From the human T2T-CHM13v2.0 reference genome, Homo sapiens: a DNA stretch of 64,000 nt. This document shows positions 1 through 14,030 of this stretch, one piece after another (the first letter of the stretch is position 1; each line of letters begins with the position of its first letter). Both the position numbers and the translations under genes were made by a program. Location of the stretch: assembly GCF_009914755.1 (NCBI RefSeq), contig NC_060927.1, one strand, 5' to 3'. Under the pieces are notes generated by a model. That model searched no databases and was not told the origin of the DNA. It worked only from the letters and a program-made list of their open reading frames with translations.

Positions 1-32
1 TGCTCTGGCCTATGTCTTCGTTGACCCCTCTG

Positions 33-33
<1 letters not shown>

Positions 34-64
<31 letters not shown>
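34..64. repeat. (CA)n microsatellite
   Basis: Perfect CA run of about 15 units. Confidence 0.95.
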
Positions 65-66
<2 letters not shown>

Positions 67-139
67 GTATTAATGTTGGTTGCTCATGTCAGAGAAATAA
101 AAATGGAATAAGGTCACACCCACATCAACTTGTACAAGT

Positions 140-220
140 TTCTGGGGGAGGATCTATGCATTGCTATTTTTTAAAGTGTCCCAGGTAATTCTAAAGTGCA
201 AGCAGAGTTGAGAACCACTT
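140..220. mobile_element. MER5-like hAT-Charlie DNA transposon end
   Basis: ccaggtaattctaaagtgca...gttgagaaccact resembles the MER5 terminus. Confidence 0.6.
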
Positions 221-1532
221 TTCTAAAAAATCATCATCATCATCATCATTTGAATGTCGTGTAAAAAAGCAGTTATTGAAACTTGTAATAAAATGCTAAA
301 GGTATGATTATACTTTCGCTGTGTTTTCTATTTGAACGCTGTTCTTTTCCAATATGAGCTTAGATTTATAGCTGCCAACTCTGCAAAAGATAACAATTTG
401 AGAAGTTGAGGTTGCTAGGGGCAATCCAATTTACCAGGGAAACCAGCTGAGTGGAGGAGCAACATTGAGTGAGCAACACACAGCTAGACTGCTCTCTGTA
501 GAAGGGCATGCTCTCTTTGTTTCTTTAGGCAGAAATTGGAATATTATTCCCTTACCACTGGTAAAAAAAGCATTTCACTCTTTGCTAGAAGACGCACTTA
601 TGTAACCAAGACTTTTCTGTTTTCTGCCTTTGCCATGAAGACCAGTGTAGTCCCTACAGAGAGGTAGGAGCCAGAAATGAGAAGATCATTTTTTTTACTT
701 CTCCCTGGAGACCCTTAATCCAGGAAGCATTCTTGTCCTTTTTAGCTATGAACCAGTGGTTTCCCTGTTAACATGCAAAATAGTTAAGGTGGAGAATTCA
801 ATAACAGCATAGTTTACTTACAATCTTACTCTAAATGTGTATCACCTTTATATTTGTTATTTCAGTGTTGCTATTAGCTGTTTAATAATAAATGGTTATG
901 ACTAAATGATTTAAAACAAATAAATCTGTAGATAATATAATGTGAATCTCACCTTCGAATACATGCTGTCATCACACACCTATGTTGTATGTAACAGAAA
1001 TTATAAATGGGTAGAAGAGAAATTAAACTTCCTTGAGTGATAAATTTGTGAATCAAAGCCAAGTAAAAGCAAACGGCAATTTTACAAACTAATATCCCGA
1101 AAATGAGTTTATGAGTTTATATCAGTGTGTCATCTATATAAATATCACAGTTCAAGGGGTTTAAATGTGATAATGTCTCATGATAACTCAAAAGGTGCCT
1201 TTTAGTTATTAACTTTTACTTTCTGGATGTGTGCTTGTCAAAGCTATTGCTCTAGCTCTGCGTACAGATAGACAGTAATACCTTACTCTATGGCCATGAC
1301 CAAATCTAAGTCAAATGTTTACAATTCAATCAATGTCTTCTTTTTAAACCTAATTCCTAGTTAATATTTGGGTATCAGTTTAGTAACATCTTTCATCTGT
1401 CTTCCCCATCCCTATTGTGACTTGCGAACTCCGTGTGCTCAAAACATCCCGTGCTAACCTTTCCGTAACAATCATCATATGACATAGAAATTTCCAGTCT
1501 AGACTGCAAGTTCTTGGGTGCAGGGATTAATT

Positions 1533-1940
1533 TCATTCATTCATTTTCTCAAAACATATTATTAATATTAGCTACTATGTACCAGGCACTGTCCTAGGTC
1601 CTGAAGGTACAACCAAAACAAAAATCCTTGCCCCTAGGAAGTTTACATTTTTGGGAAAACAGGAGGATATGAAATGTGTGTGTGTTATGGTAGTGGTGGA
1701 GGCAAAGGTGACTTTGGAATTTTACATGGGATATCCTGGGAAGGCCTCTGTGGGAAGGTGACATTTGAGGAAAACCTGAAGGAGGTGAGAAAATAAATGA
1801 AATAAGATTCTGGAATAAGAAAGTTCAGGCAGGGGAAACAGAATAGGCTAAATCTAAGCCATGAGAAAAATGTATGTCTGGCATGTTCCAGGAACAGCCA
1901 GATGGCCAGCAATTTTGGAGTGGAGGGAGAGAGCAAGAGT
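1533..1940 (-). mobile_element. L2 LINE 3' fragment
   Basis: ttcattcattcatt...ctactatgtaccaggcactgtcctagg is the reverse complement of the L2 3' end. Confidence 0.75.
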
Positions 1941-1976
1941 AGATTACGTTCATTGTGGTGCTGTGCTTAGGTACTA

Positions 1977-2330
<354 letters not shown>

Positions 2331-2899
2331 TCATTCAAATTTGGAGGAAATTTGGGGCTTTATGCACCAGATTATCTGACAGTAGGTGAACTGTATTCAA
2401 TGATAGGCTACACTCATCAAATTTTAACTTCTTTCAAGGTAACTTTGACTGTTCAAATGAGTTTCACCCTTGCTGTTTTAATTTCCTTCTCATAACCCTC
2501 ATCTTTTGCGCACATTATGGCTTTTGGGTAAGCACTGATTACTCTTGATTCTCCTTGTTGAGTGTCCTCACTGCTCCAAAGCACCTTAATGGTGCATTCT
2601 TCTGTGGATTTCTTGTTTCTGTAACTTCTTCCCCAGTTGTTATTAGAGAATGAGTTCCTGACCACGTCATGATGGCACTAAGTAATGAGGAAAATGCCCT
2701 GTCTCACAGTGTTAGTAGCTCTGACAATTAGAAGCAGAAGAGAAAAATAACCCTCTTTACTCTGCCACCAAAGAACTATTCCATGATGATATGAGGGGGG
2801 ATGAGGTACTCCTAAAGAACTGCAAATGAAAGGGGTAAGATGGTGACCCTTTTATCAGATCCTTCTCTTATGTGCTCAGCTGTGCTATACTGTATGAAA

Positions 2900-3085
2900 A
2901 CAGCCTGATGAATTGGGCTTTGAATCCTAATTTATAGCTTGACTTGCTAGGCAACCTTAAATGAGTCACATTACACTGTCTGAAGCTCAGTTTCTTTATA
3001 AAAACTGGAATAAGAAAATCTGCATTGTTTGTCTCCCAAGGATGGTATAAGGATTAAAAGAACAATGTGTATGAAAGTATTAAGA
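2900..3085 (+). mobile_element. MIR SINE
   Basis: tttgaatcct...ctcagtttct...aggattaaa MIR core. Confidence 0.7.
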
Positions 3086-3264
3086 AAAGAATGAAGGGTT
3101 ATAAAAGAATACTGTTTGGATTTAAATGGAAAAATAATACAGTATATAAATTGGTAGGGAAAACAAACAAATGTTTTTCTTAAAAGTTCTCTTTAATATT
3201 ATTTGGAAAACAAATGGTAACTATTATTCTCAGGTAACAGCAATTCTCTACATACCAGATGCTA

Positions 3265-4022
3265 TCAGCACTACCTCCAAAATATACCTTTCATCTGTCC
3301 GCTGTTCCCCTTTTCCAGTGCTGCATAAGCCAGCATCACAGAGTTCTGCAATAGCCTCTGAACTACTGCTTCTAAATTCGACTTTCTCCACCTTTTAATC
3401 CTTTTCCCACAGAGCATCTAAAGTGTTCTTTCAAAATTATAAATCAGATTATGACTACCTTAAAGTCCTCAAAAGGTTTTTGATCATACTTGAATCCCAA
3501 ATCGCTACCATGAACAAAAGACCCTACTCTGCCCTCAGGACTTTATCCACGACTTAGGTCTTCCTCTCTCATGATGCTTCAGCCTAATGCTTTCTGCTGT
3601 TCCTTGAACACACCAAACTTGTATCTGCTTTAGAACTTTTGCATTGCTGTTTCCTCTGCCTGGAATTCTCTTCTCCCATCTATGCTTGAATGGCTCCTTC
3701 CAAAATTAATCTCCTTGGGAGGGGGCATATGTTGCTGCATCATCTAATGGTGCCTTCTTTCCAGTCATGCCATCACAAGGGATCCTGGGAAATGGTGCCT
3801 TCCCTCACTCCATCATTCTACCTTTATTCTTAGTATTTAAAATTTGTGAAATTATTGTATTTGTTTACATGTTATTGCCTGTGTTCCGCAGTCAAATGTG
3901 ATTTGCATGACAGGAGTGGCCTTGTTATTATAATAGCTTATTTCATCATTGAGTCTTCTGTAATGAGATTTTCACCTGGAACACAGTAGCTGATCAGTGA
4001 ATTTTTGCAGAAAAAAAAATGA
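3265..4022 (+). mobile_element. L2 LINE 3' portion
   Basis: tccttgaacacaccaa...gctgtttcctctgcctggaa...cctggaacacagtag L2 hallmarks. Confidence 0.75.
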
Positions 4023-4296
4023 GTTAGAGAAATTTGAAGTCTCAGGAATGGTTGTTAAGTGCCATTTGTAACAGTGAGATTTCAAATGGTTTAGATAAAA
4101 TGATTATTCAGCATAAACTTGTTTCCTTGAAAGGAAGTTTAAGAATGAATTAGGAGACTGTGCTGAGGATGATGATGGCTTTGTTTTTCAAATGTGTGTA
4201 GCATATCAGTTGGAAGCAAGCCAGAAACTTATACTTAGCTCCTTACAAGTCTATAATGTCTATCCCAATTTGTTACAGGTCATAAAAATGAAACTT

Positions 4297-4610
4297 GGCT
4301 GGTCATGGTGGCTCACACCTGTAATCCCAGCACTTTGGGAGGCCAAGGCGGGAGGATCACCTGAGGTCAAGAATTCAAGAACAGCCTGGCCAAAATGGCA
4401 AAACCCCGTCTCTACCAAAAATACAAAAATTAGCTGGACATGGTGGTGCCGCCTGTAATCCCAGGTACTTGGGAGGCTGAGGCAGCAGAATCGCTTGAAC
4501 TGGGCGGCAGAAGTTGCAGTGAGCCAAGATCGTGCCACTGCACTCCAGCCTGGACGACCGAGTGAGACACCATCTCAACTTAAAAAAAAAAAAAAGAAAA
4601 AAGAAAGAAA
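4297..4610 (+). mobile_element. AluS (Sx-like), full length
   Basis: Dimeric Alu with ggatcacctgaggtc and an A-rich tail. Confidence 0.95.
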
Positions 4611-5139
4611 TTTGACAACAAAATTGGAAGCCTGTGTCTTTAGTATAACTTCCATTTCAGAGAAAATACAGAGTCATCCACCAGCTCTGTGTTGGCACAG
4701 TGAGGTTCCTACCAATTATAAGAATAGAAAAAAAAAATACAACTTTTTTTAACAGCTGCATCAGGGGACCTTTACAGTGACATCTCTGTGGCAGCACTTG
4801 AAAAGAATTTGGAGCTGTTTTCAATCATTCTGTGTATAACATGACATTTTCAAATAGGAAAGAAAGGGAAAAGAACAAATGCTTCATAAGTGGTTTTAGA
4901 TTTTGGGGATCTAGATAGCAGGCTAGATCCACCCTTCAGTCCCTGCCTATTGAATTATATACAAAACAAAAGGACGTGAAACTAAGATATTGGTCCGTAA
5001 TTGGCCAGATGTCAGAATCAATTTTTACAAATCAAACAAAATGGTAGCTATAGCAATTCTATAGTGCCAAAAAGGTACAGATAAATTTTACAGTTTAATT
5101 TTGGTTTTGTTATTCTACTGGTGCTTTAGGGTTTAGACC

Positions 5140-7230
5140 CTATGTCTTTAATTTATCCCAATTTAAATGTAAGGGATATTATACCATTCCATGCATAAAA
5201 TGAGAACTTTACCTAGTGTAATTTTATTCCTCCATTTCTGACTTTTCAGGTATCGTTGTCATATATTTTACTTCTTGTTTTTAACCTAACACTACATTGT
5301 GATAATTTTTATTTGAAGTCATTTATGTTGTAAAGCTAGTTAAACGATATCTTTAAAATCTTACGTATTGACCCATGTAGTTACCATTTCATATATATTC
5401 TTTTTCACATGATATAATTTGCCTTCTGTCTGAAGGACTTCTTTATTTCTTGTAATGCAGATGTGCTGACCATGAATTAGTTCAAGAGTTTGCATGTCTT
5501 AGAAAGTCTTTTGCCTTTGTTTTTGAAATATATTTTTATTGGGTGTAGAATGTTAGGTTGACATTTTTTGCGGGATTTTTGTTTGTTATTGTTTTAGTTT
5601 CAGTACTTTAAAGATACTGCTCCACTTTTTCTACATGCATTGTTTTCACCAAGAAGTCTGTTTTGTCCATATTTACCTTTGTTCTTCTGCACAACATGTC
5701 TTTTTCTTCTCTAATTATTTTTAAGATGTTATCTTCAGCAATAACTTTCAACAATTGCATTTTGCTGCTTGTTAGTATCGCTCTTTTTTTCTGTTTCTTC
5801 TGCTTGTGGTTTATTGAGATCTTTGGAAGTATATGTTTATTATTTTCATAAAATTTGAAAAATGTTGGACATTGGTTCTTCAAATATTATTTTCTTTTCC
5901 CACTTTTATCTCTCCTTCAGGAAATCCAATTATACACAGTTAGGCTGCTTCCAGTTGTCACACAGTTCACTGCTATTGGATTCTTTTTAAAAATTATTTT
6001 ATTTCTCAGTATGTTTTATTTTAACTATTTCCATAGATACGTTTTCAAGTTCATGAATATTTTTCTCTGGGATGTCTAATCTACCATTAATCCAAGTCAG
6101 TTTATTTTTATATCAAACCTTGTAATATTTATGGCTAGAAGTTAAATGTGGGTCTTTGCAATATCTTCTGTGTCTCTACTTATTAATTTTATGTAATTTA
6201 GTTACAGTGATTGATGCCATTGTCTACTAATTCTAACATCTGTGTCACATCTGCTTAAGTGTGAAATCAACTGATTTTATTTCCCACATTATAGTTGATG
6301 TTATCCTGTTTCTTTGATATCTGATAATGTTTTATTAAATGGCAAGGTATTTTGATTGGATATGATCTTGTTGAGTACTGGATACTTTTGTACTCTCATA
6401 CGTATTTTTTAGTTTTCTTCTGGGGCAAAGATGAATTACTTGGAAACAGTTTGAACATTTCAAGTCTTGCTTTGAAGATTAGTTACATGTAACCAATTAT
6501 CACATAATATCTAGGACTAATTTTTCCCACTATGGAGGCAAGAAACTCTGAGTACTCTACCCAATATTCCAGTGAATTATGAGATTTGCCAGTCTGGCTG
6601 GTAGAAACAGGCACTGCTTCTGGACTTCTGTGAGCAGAACATTTAGCAATGCTAATATTCAGGGTTTCAACTAGAATTAGTCCAGAGCTAATTTTTCCTT
6701 ACCATGGAAACAAGACACTTCAAAGTATTTTACCTAATACTCCAATTAAATATGAGATTTTTCCAGCCTGGTTAGTAGAAATAGACACTGTTTCTATCCC
6801 TGCGTGAGCATTAAGTACTGTGGTTTCTACCCTTTAAAGTGATTATTTCACCAGCCTCAAGTAGTTTTCTCATATGCATGCAGTGATCAGTAATCTATAG
6901 AAAACTTGAGGGGTCGCTCTGCAGATCTTCAGATTCCTGTATTCTGCCCTGTGAACTCCAGCTGCTCTTACTGTCCAAATCCCCAGCTCTGTCTGCGCAA
7001 CAAGTAATGTCCACTGGGCTCTGCCTGGGCTCACCATCCCTACCCCACTACCTGGAAACTCTCAAGGCACAAAGCTGGGTCAATCAGAGGGCTAATGTTG
7101 TTTCCCACATCTCCTCTCAGGAATCCCTGTCCTTTATTATATTGTGCCCATTGTCCTGAAAGGCATTCTTTTTGATATTTTGTTCAGTTTTTTATTGTGA
7201 CAGGAGATTGACTTATTTCATATTTGCTAG
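5140..7230 (-). mobile_element. Old L1M (L1MC/MD-like) 5'UTR and ORF1 remnant
   Basis: Minus-strand ORF 5608-5883 (LLKVIAEDNILKIIREEK...TKVNMDKTDFLVKTM) resembles the L1 ORF1p C-terminal region. Boundaries approximate. Confidence 0.7.
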
Positions 7231-7399
7231 AAAAAGAAAAATTAAAGCTTTTTCATTATTGATAGCAATAATTAAATACATATAGATTCAGCACTACCTT
7301 TTGAAAATTTAAATAAAACCATTTGTAGAAATAAAAACACTAAAAAATCACTTGAGAAATGTAAAATTCATGTAGCAACAGACAAAATAAAAAACAAAT

Positions 7400-8030
7400 A
7401 TAAAAATATGACAGAAAGAAAACAAACATGTTAGTTAACATAAACATAAATAGGCTAGGCCGGGCACAGTGGCTCACGCCTGTAATCCCAGCACTTTGGC
7501 AAGCCGAGACGGGCGGATCACGAGGTCAGGAGATTGAGACCATCCTGGCTAACACGGTGAAACCCCGTCTCTACTAAAAATACAAAAAATTAGCCGGGCG
7601 TAGTGGTGGGCGCCTGTAGTCCCAGCTACTTGGGAGGCTGAGGCAGGAGAATGGCGTGAACCCGGCCAAGCTTGCAGTGAGCCGAGAACTTGCCACTGCA
7701 CTCCAGCCTGGGCGACAGAGTGAGACTCCAACTCAAAAAAAAAAAAAAAAAAAACCATAAATAGGCTAAATATTTTGTTAAAAGAAAAATTTCTTGACTA
7801 CATGCTACATACACAAAAGGCAGAGCTGAAAATAAAGCGACTCTAAAAAGTAAAACTACAATATGGACACAGGTATATCAAGCAAAAACAAACCAAAGGG
7901 AAACATGAGTAATATGATTTCATTAGGCTAATTTAATGCAAAGTAAACTTAACTAAATGGGGCAAAAGGGATCATTTATTAGAAAAAAAAGGATAATCAA
8001 TCCATAATCAAGAATTATACATGGAATTTT
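7400..8030 (+). mobile_element. Old L1 ORF2 endonuclease-region remnant, interrupted by AluY
   Basis: aacataaataggctaaat...gtatatcaagcaaaaacaaaccaaagg...atcattta resembles the start of ORF2. Confidence 0.55.
7458..7755 (+). mobile_element. AluY, full length
   Basis: ggatcacgaggtcaggag, catcctggctaacacgg, many CpGs retained. TSD cataaataggcta at 7445-7457 and 7756-7768. Confidence 0.97.
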
Positions 8031-8299
8031 TGTACCACACAGATCAGGTTAGCAACTTGTACATAGACCTCTGCATTTTTACATTAAACTAGGCCCCAAA
8101 AGCACTATAAACATGGGGGATGGAGGTGTGCACCTGCAACCCTTATCCTTTACACTGGACTAAATGGACTAAATTGCTGCATCAAAAATAGAACTATTTA
8201 AAAAACAAAAAAAAAAGTGAATGTTATATAAAGATGTATGAAAATACATCTCAGGTTTGAAAAGGACTGTCTAAGAATTGACAATAATAGGGAAAAAAC

Positions 8300-8865
8300 A
8301 TAATGTTGTCAATAATTCTATAAGAAGGCTTTCTGGAAAATAACTTGACAATTGCATCTTTAACCACACAGAGGCCCATAGCATTTGACTTTATGACTTA
8401 ACTTACAGGAATTTCTCCTTAGGTGATGTTTACATTTAACAATATTTACAATAGCCAAAAACTAAAAATAAGCTTAAATATATAGTAAGAAGAGCTGCTT
8501 AGCTAAAATATAGTATAGCAATAGAGAGCCATATAAATATTTATTAAAATTCTAAACTTGAAAATATGAATTTGATTTGACATAGGAAAATGCTTACAAA
8601 ATGTTAAGTGTAAACAGTAGTATATACAACTGTGTACATAAAATTAGCATGTGTCAGATAGATGTTTGAAAATAGATGTGTATGAAGTAGAAGGAAGAGG
8701 AAATGAGGAAGAAAGATACAAAGAGAATGTAAAGATATTTACTAACACATTTTTCTTTTTGGCAGTAAAGATGGTTTGGAAGGTAGTATTTTTTCTTCAC
8801 AATTTTCTAAAATTTATAAATTTCAAATTTCATTAGAAGAATTGAGTATTTATCACTTTTACAAT
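8300..8865 (+). mobile_element. L1ME-like 3' end remnant
   Basis: Degenerate L1 3' region (tttacaatagccaaaaact...tatcacttttacaatcagaaaa). Confidence 0.5.
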
Positions 8866-9468
8866 CAGAAAACTCTACTTAGGTTTTCTCCCCAATGTTC
8901 CCTTTGTATTTTCTTCCACTCATTTAACTCTTTTTATCCCTTGAATTATCACTGTTGCCTTTAAAACCTAGCCTGCTGTTTCCCCTTATCTATGTTTGGA
9001 TAAATTTAAAGTGAAATAATTGAAGAGAAACCTTATATTCAAGAAAAAGTGCAAACCTCAAACAACCTTCGTTTAGGAAATAGAAATTTTAAATGGGGCT
9101 TTAAAAATATCTCAGATTGAGTTTCACTCAACTTGGCTTGGGAATATTTAAGGGGAGAGGAAAAAACTCATAAATCAAGAGAAATACTATTTTTTAAATA
9201 ATTTTTTAAATGGTTTTTATTTTAACTCAGAGATTTTTGGAGCTCCCTAAAAGTTTGTACTCAAGACAAGTGCCTCATTCTCCTCACCCTAGTCCCATCC
9301 TTCCACCCAATGCCACATAAAAATATGGCCTGCTCATTTGCAAAGGGATTATCTCGCATAAAAATGGCCCTTCTCCTGCCTACAGTCAACAGAGTGGGTG
9401 GAAACAAATTAACAATCTGGCATGACCGAAAAACAGGGACTCCTGCCATCCTCCATGCAGTATCTTCC

Positions 9469-9808
<340 letters not shown>

Positions 9809-10952
9809 TAAACACTGCCAGAAATAACCTGGCTAATGAAATGCAGCCTTTATCAGGTTTAAAGAGTCAGATAAGAGGAAATTGCTGGAAAATTTCCTTC
9901 CATTTTGACTTGATCTTTGGCAAAATTGGGCCAATTGTGAAGGATGGAGAACTGCACTCTCACATTTTCATATTTCCTTTGTCTGCAAAAAAAATGTAAA
10001 AGAATCTAGGCCATAATAAGTTTGATGTAAGACTGAGCTTACAAGGATGCAGAAACCAGGAGGCAGAAAACCATATAATCTTTGTCAGAATATATAGTAG
10101 ATTCCAAGTCTCCTAAATCCCAGCTGAAATAGTGTTTTCATGGTACACAATTGTCCAACCAGGCAAGTGTACTAATTGTCAATTGTATATATTACCATTT
10201 ATTTTAGGAGACTTAGAATCTAGTATGCATTTTCTCAACCAGGAAGGTTGAGAAAATTACCACTCAGCAAAGGTAGGCTTTGAGTCATATATTCTTTATT
10301 TGCCATGTCTAACTAATATTAGAAGAATAAGAAAAACTGAAGACCTATAGATACATTAATCTAGAGAAGAAAGCCACATTAGGGTTCTTCTAAGTGAATG
10401 TTAGACTATTCATCACTATATTTACAGAGAGAATGTTAGCAATATCATTATTCTAAAAATATATAACAACTCCATAGAGTCCTTGGGTACTTTAGGACTT
10501 CATAGAGTTTTCATGTATTTTAAAACTGTAATAACCAATGAGATGGTAAATACATAGCTGACATGCTTGCTCCTTGGGCTTGTTTATTGGGAGCTATCAG
10601 CAGGTGATACAACGGTATCACCCACCAAGCCTGGATGCAATTACACAATATTGTTTTATACAACATCTGGAGCATCCACCAGCCAAAACTCTCTGAGAAG
10701 AAATCCCTTACTATCACTGATTTAGGGTGTAGATTAAAAACAAACACATTTAAAAGCTTTGCATAAAAGTATAATGATTATGCAGAAAAGTATCATATCA
10801 TAAGTTTACTGCTGGAAGAATTTCTAAAATTCCAGCACCCAAATTAAGAAGCAGACCATGACTCTAGAAGCCCACTTCATGTCAGTCTCTCATCTGTGAC
10901 GGGTTAGTTTGGTTAAGCTATAGCACCCAGTATTCAATCAAACACGAATTTA

Positions 10953-11245
10953 GACCAGCTGAGGTGGCCCATGCCTATAATCCCAGCACGTTGGGAGGCC
11001 AAGGCAGGCAGATCGCTTGAGCCCAGGAGTTTGAAACCAGCCTGGCCAACATGGTGAAACCCTGTCTGTACTAAAAATACAAAAATTAGCCAGGAGTGGT
11101 GGCACGTGCCTCTAGTTCCAGCTACTCTAGAGGCTGAGGTGGGAGGATTGCTTGAGCCTGGGGGCGGAGGTTGCAGTGAGCCAAGACCACCCCACTGTAC
11201 TCTAGCCTAGACGACAGAGTGAGACCCTGTCTTAAAAACAAACAA
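10953..11245 (+). mobile_element. AluJ (Jb-like) nested in MLT2
   Basis: gatcgcttgagcccaggag and ggaggattgcttgagcc. TSD aaacacgaattt (10940-10951) / aaacactaattt (11246-11257). Confidence 0.92.
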
Positions 11246-11547
11246 AAACACTAATTTTGGTGTGGCAGTGAAGATGTTTTGTAGATGTCGTTAACATCTA
11301 TAATCATTTGACTTTAAGTAAAGGAGATCATTTTCAATTGTATAGGTAGGCATTATCCAGGTCCAAGACCTTAAAAGCAAAACTGAGATTTCTCTAATGA
11401 AGAAAAAATTTTGCCTCAAGACTGCAGCATCAACTCCTGCTGGAGGGTTTCCAGCCTACTAGCCTACCCTACAGATTTTAGAATTGCCAGCCCTCACAAC
11501 TGCTGGAACAAATTCCTCCAAATAAAGTTCTTTATATATGTATGTGT

Positions 11548-11549
<2 letters not shown>

Positions 11550-11587
<38 letters not shown>
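11550..11587. repeat. (TG)n microsatellite within MLT2
   Basis: Perfect GT run. Confidence 0.95.
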
Positions 11588-11589
<2 letters not shown>

Positions 11590-11734
11590 CCTCATGGTTC
11601 TGTTTTTCTGAAGAACTCTGACTGATATACAGTCACTGCTTTCCTGAGGGTAACATTTTTTCAGACAGATTCATTTTATTAAACAATATTTAAAAACACA
11701 ATTAAAACAAATTTGTTATACTTTAGAGGTAATG

Positions 11735-11915
11735 GTTATAACTACCATTTATGTATCATATCATTGTGGCAGACACTGCTCTACGTCTTCACAGTCCTTA
11801 TTTAAACCTCATGATTCATGCTTGCCTGTTTTTTTCCCCTAAGTTTGCAGATCAGTAAATGGAAGATCAAGGAGGTTAAGAAATTTCTCCAAGGTTCTCA
11901 TAGCAAGTCACTGGC
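11735..11915 (-). mobile_element. MIR
   Basis: aaacctcatga...tttgcagatcagtaaatggaag...aggttaagaaatttctccaagg. Confidence 0.6.
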
Positions 11916-13894
11916 TTTATTGCCTCTTTTTCTAAATCAAACAATTGTATCCAGCTTCCGTAACATGAAATGAAAAATGGCTCTCATAACCAAAAAAATA
12001 AACTGGCTCAAACTGTATTGAACTACATTTTACTCACAAGTATAAAATTTAAATGTAAGTGCAATTAATAGATTGACTGTACTATCCCCACAGCTATGTT
12101 AAATTTTACCATTTAAAGATGCAGCAAAGATTTCCTTATTCATGTTATATTTCGAAAAATAGGTAAAGTAAAAGAAAAGGGGATGGGTAGAAGAAAGAAA
12201 GCTCTATCAGTGATCTATAATTGTCCTAAAGTCTTGTAATTTTCAAAGTAATAAATTGCAAAGAGGGTAATACAAGTCTTCATAAAAGTATAAAATATGA
12301 GAACTGGAAAGTAATTTGCAAATTATTTTACCCAATCTGTGCTTTATTATTTGATATGTTACTGCATTATACAAGGAAGAGAAAGGCACTAACATGCTCA
12401 CTGCATGCCAGGCACTAACTACCCTGGGAGCTTTTCTTATGTTAATCTAACTCAATGTTCATATCATCCCTGACATTTTCCGTAATGTACAGATGAAGAA
12501 CTCAAGCCTTGGAGACTTAAATGTAATCGATCTACCAAGCTTTGCAACACCTGCCCTTCTCACTGGCCCCTTCTATGTTGTTCACACTGAGGTAGTCACA
12601 ACCAAGTGGTTCATTCACTCAACATAGATGCTGCCACTCACCTTTCTCTTCACGTCCCATCCTTCTCCAAAGATGGTTTTGCCTCCCATATCACTGATTA
12701 CATCAAATGCAAATTTCTCCCTGATCCAACTCACAAAAGTAACCTTCTTGCTACATTTTCTCTTCGTCTCTAAAGAACAGGTGACCTCCCTTTTATTATC
12801 CAGGTGACCAGCATTTTCTATGCACTTCTTCAATAGATTCCAGAAATATTTCATCCCCTAAATCCTCACCTGCATTCTTTAAAGAGATTATAATTAAACT
12901 TACCTATCTGAAATTAACCTAAATAGGCATTTTAAAAATGAGATCATCAATGGAAAAATCTTTCTGGCCACATTAGTCAAATGGTATGCAAATGTAAGAG
13001 ATTACTCTTTATTAAAACAGAATATGTTTACAACCCAGAAAAAAAATCCAAACAAAACAAAAATCCTTAAAAGAATATTTCATTTCAACAGTATTATTTT
13101 CACTTTATATCTTTTTTTTTTCAATAATGTCTGTTACATGTTTCTTGGTCTGAGAAATGTTGAAAATAGAATTAAAATTGCACCAACCATCTTATAAGTA
13201 TTTTATTTCCTCCTCTTTTGAATTTTGCACATAAGTCTTCTCAATGGGTGAAAGATAGAAAATTGTTTTATGTTGGTAGAATGTTCAGATATCCAGTATG
13301 ACACCTCTGAGAAATATATTTGCTTGATAGTCATTTGAGATTACCAGTCTTTGTAGTAAAAAGAATGACATTATTTCCAAATTTGAAGGTTTTGTGCCCT
13401 ATTAAGGAGAGAAGTAACTTAATTTCTCTGAAAACTCCCCTAAATGATTAGCCTCAGAAATGAATAAATGCGTATGAGAGTACTGCTTGCATTAATAATT
13501 ATATAACTTTTAAATTATACGGTGTTTATCTTTTAGCAATTTGTAAGCAAAATTTATTTCACAATAGGTCTTAAATGTATTAAATTATTTAGAACATCTC
13601 CCATAGGATGCCATATTAATTAAAATGAGAAGTAATGATATTTTAAAACCATCATCTTTAACAAATGATAGCAAGATGTGATAGAAGGAACAGCAAGTGC
13701 AGTGAGCATGGGGCAAGAGAAACAGGTTAAAGTTCTCATCTATTCCAATTTTGCTGTGCCACCTTGACAAGCCATGCCACTTCCGTGAACATCTTGACAA
13801 GAAGCTTAGACTACAGACAGTGATAAGCAATCCATTGGCCCCAGGCTGCCTAGCAGATGCTTTCGAAAATGACCCATAACTCTATCTATCACAA

Positions 13895-14030
13895 CTTGAG
13901 TAAATATTTATTGAGCTCCCTTCCAAGGACTTAATATATTGTTATGTAATTTAATACTACCAATTCTGAGAGAAGTCAAAATTATCCCCATTTTATAGGT
14001 GAGGCTCAGAGGTGTTAAGTCACATTGACA
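13895..14030 (-). mobile_element. MIR fragment
   Basis: attatccccattttataggtgaggctcagagg. Confidence 0.6.

Larger units (their letters stand above)
10895..11631 (+). mobile_element. MLT2 (MLT2D-like, ERVL) solo LTR interrupted by an Alu
   Basis: TG...CA ends; gactttaagtaaaggagat, ttgcctcaagactgcagcatcaactc, ggttctgtttttctgaagaactctgactga. Confidence 0.85.
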
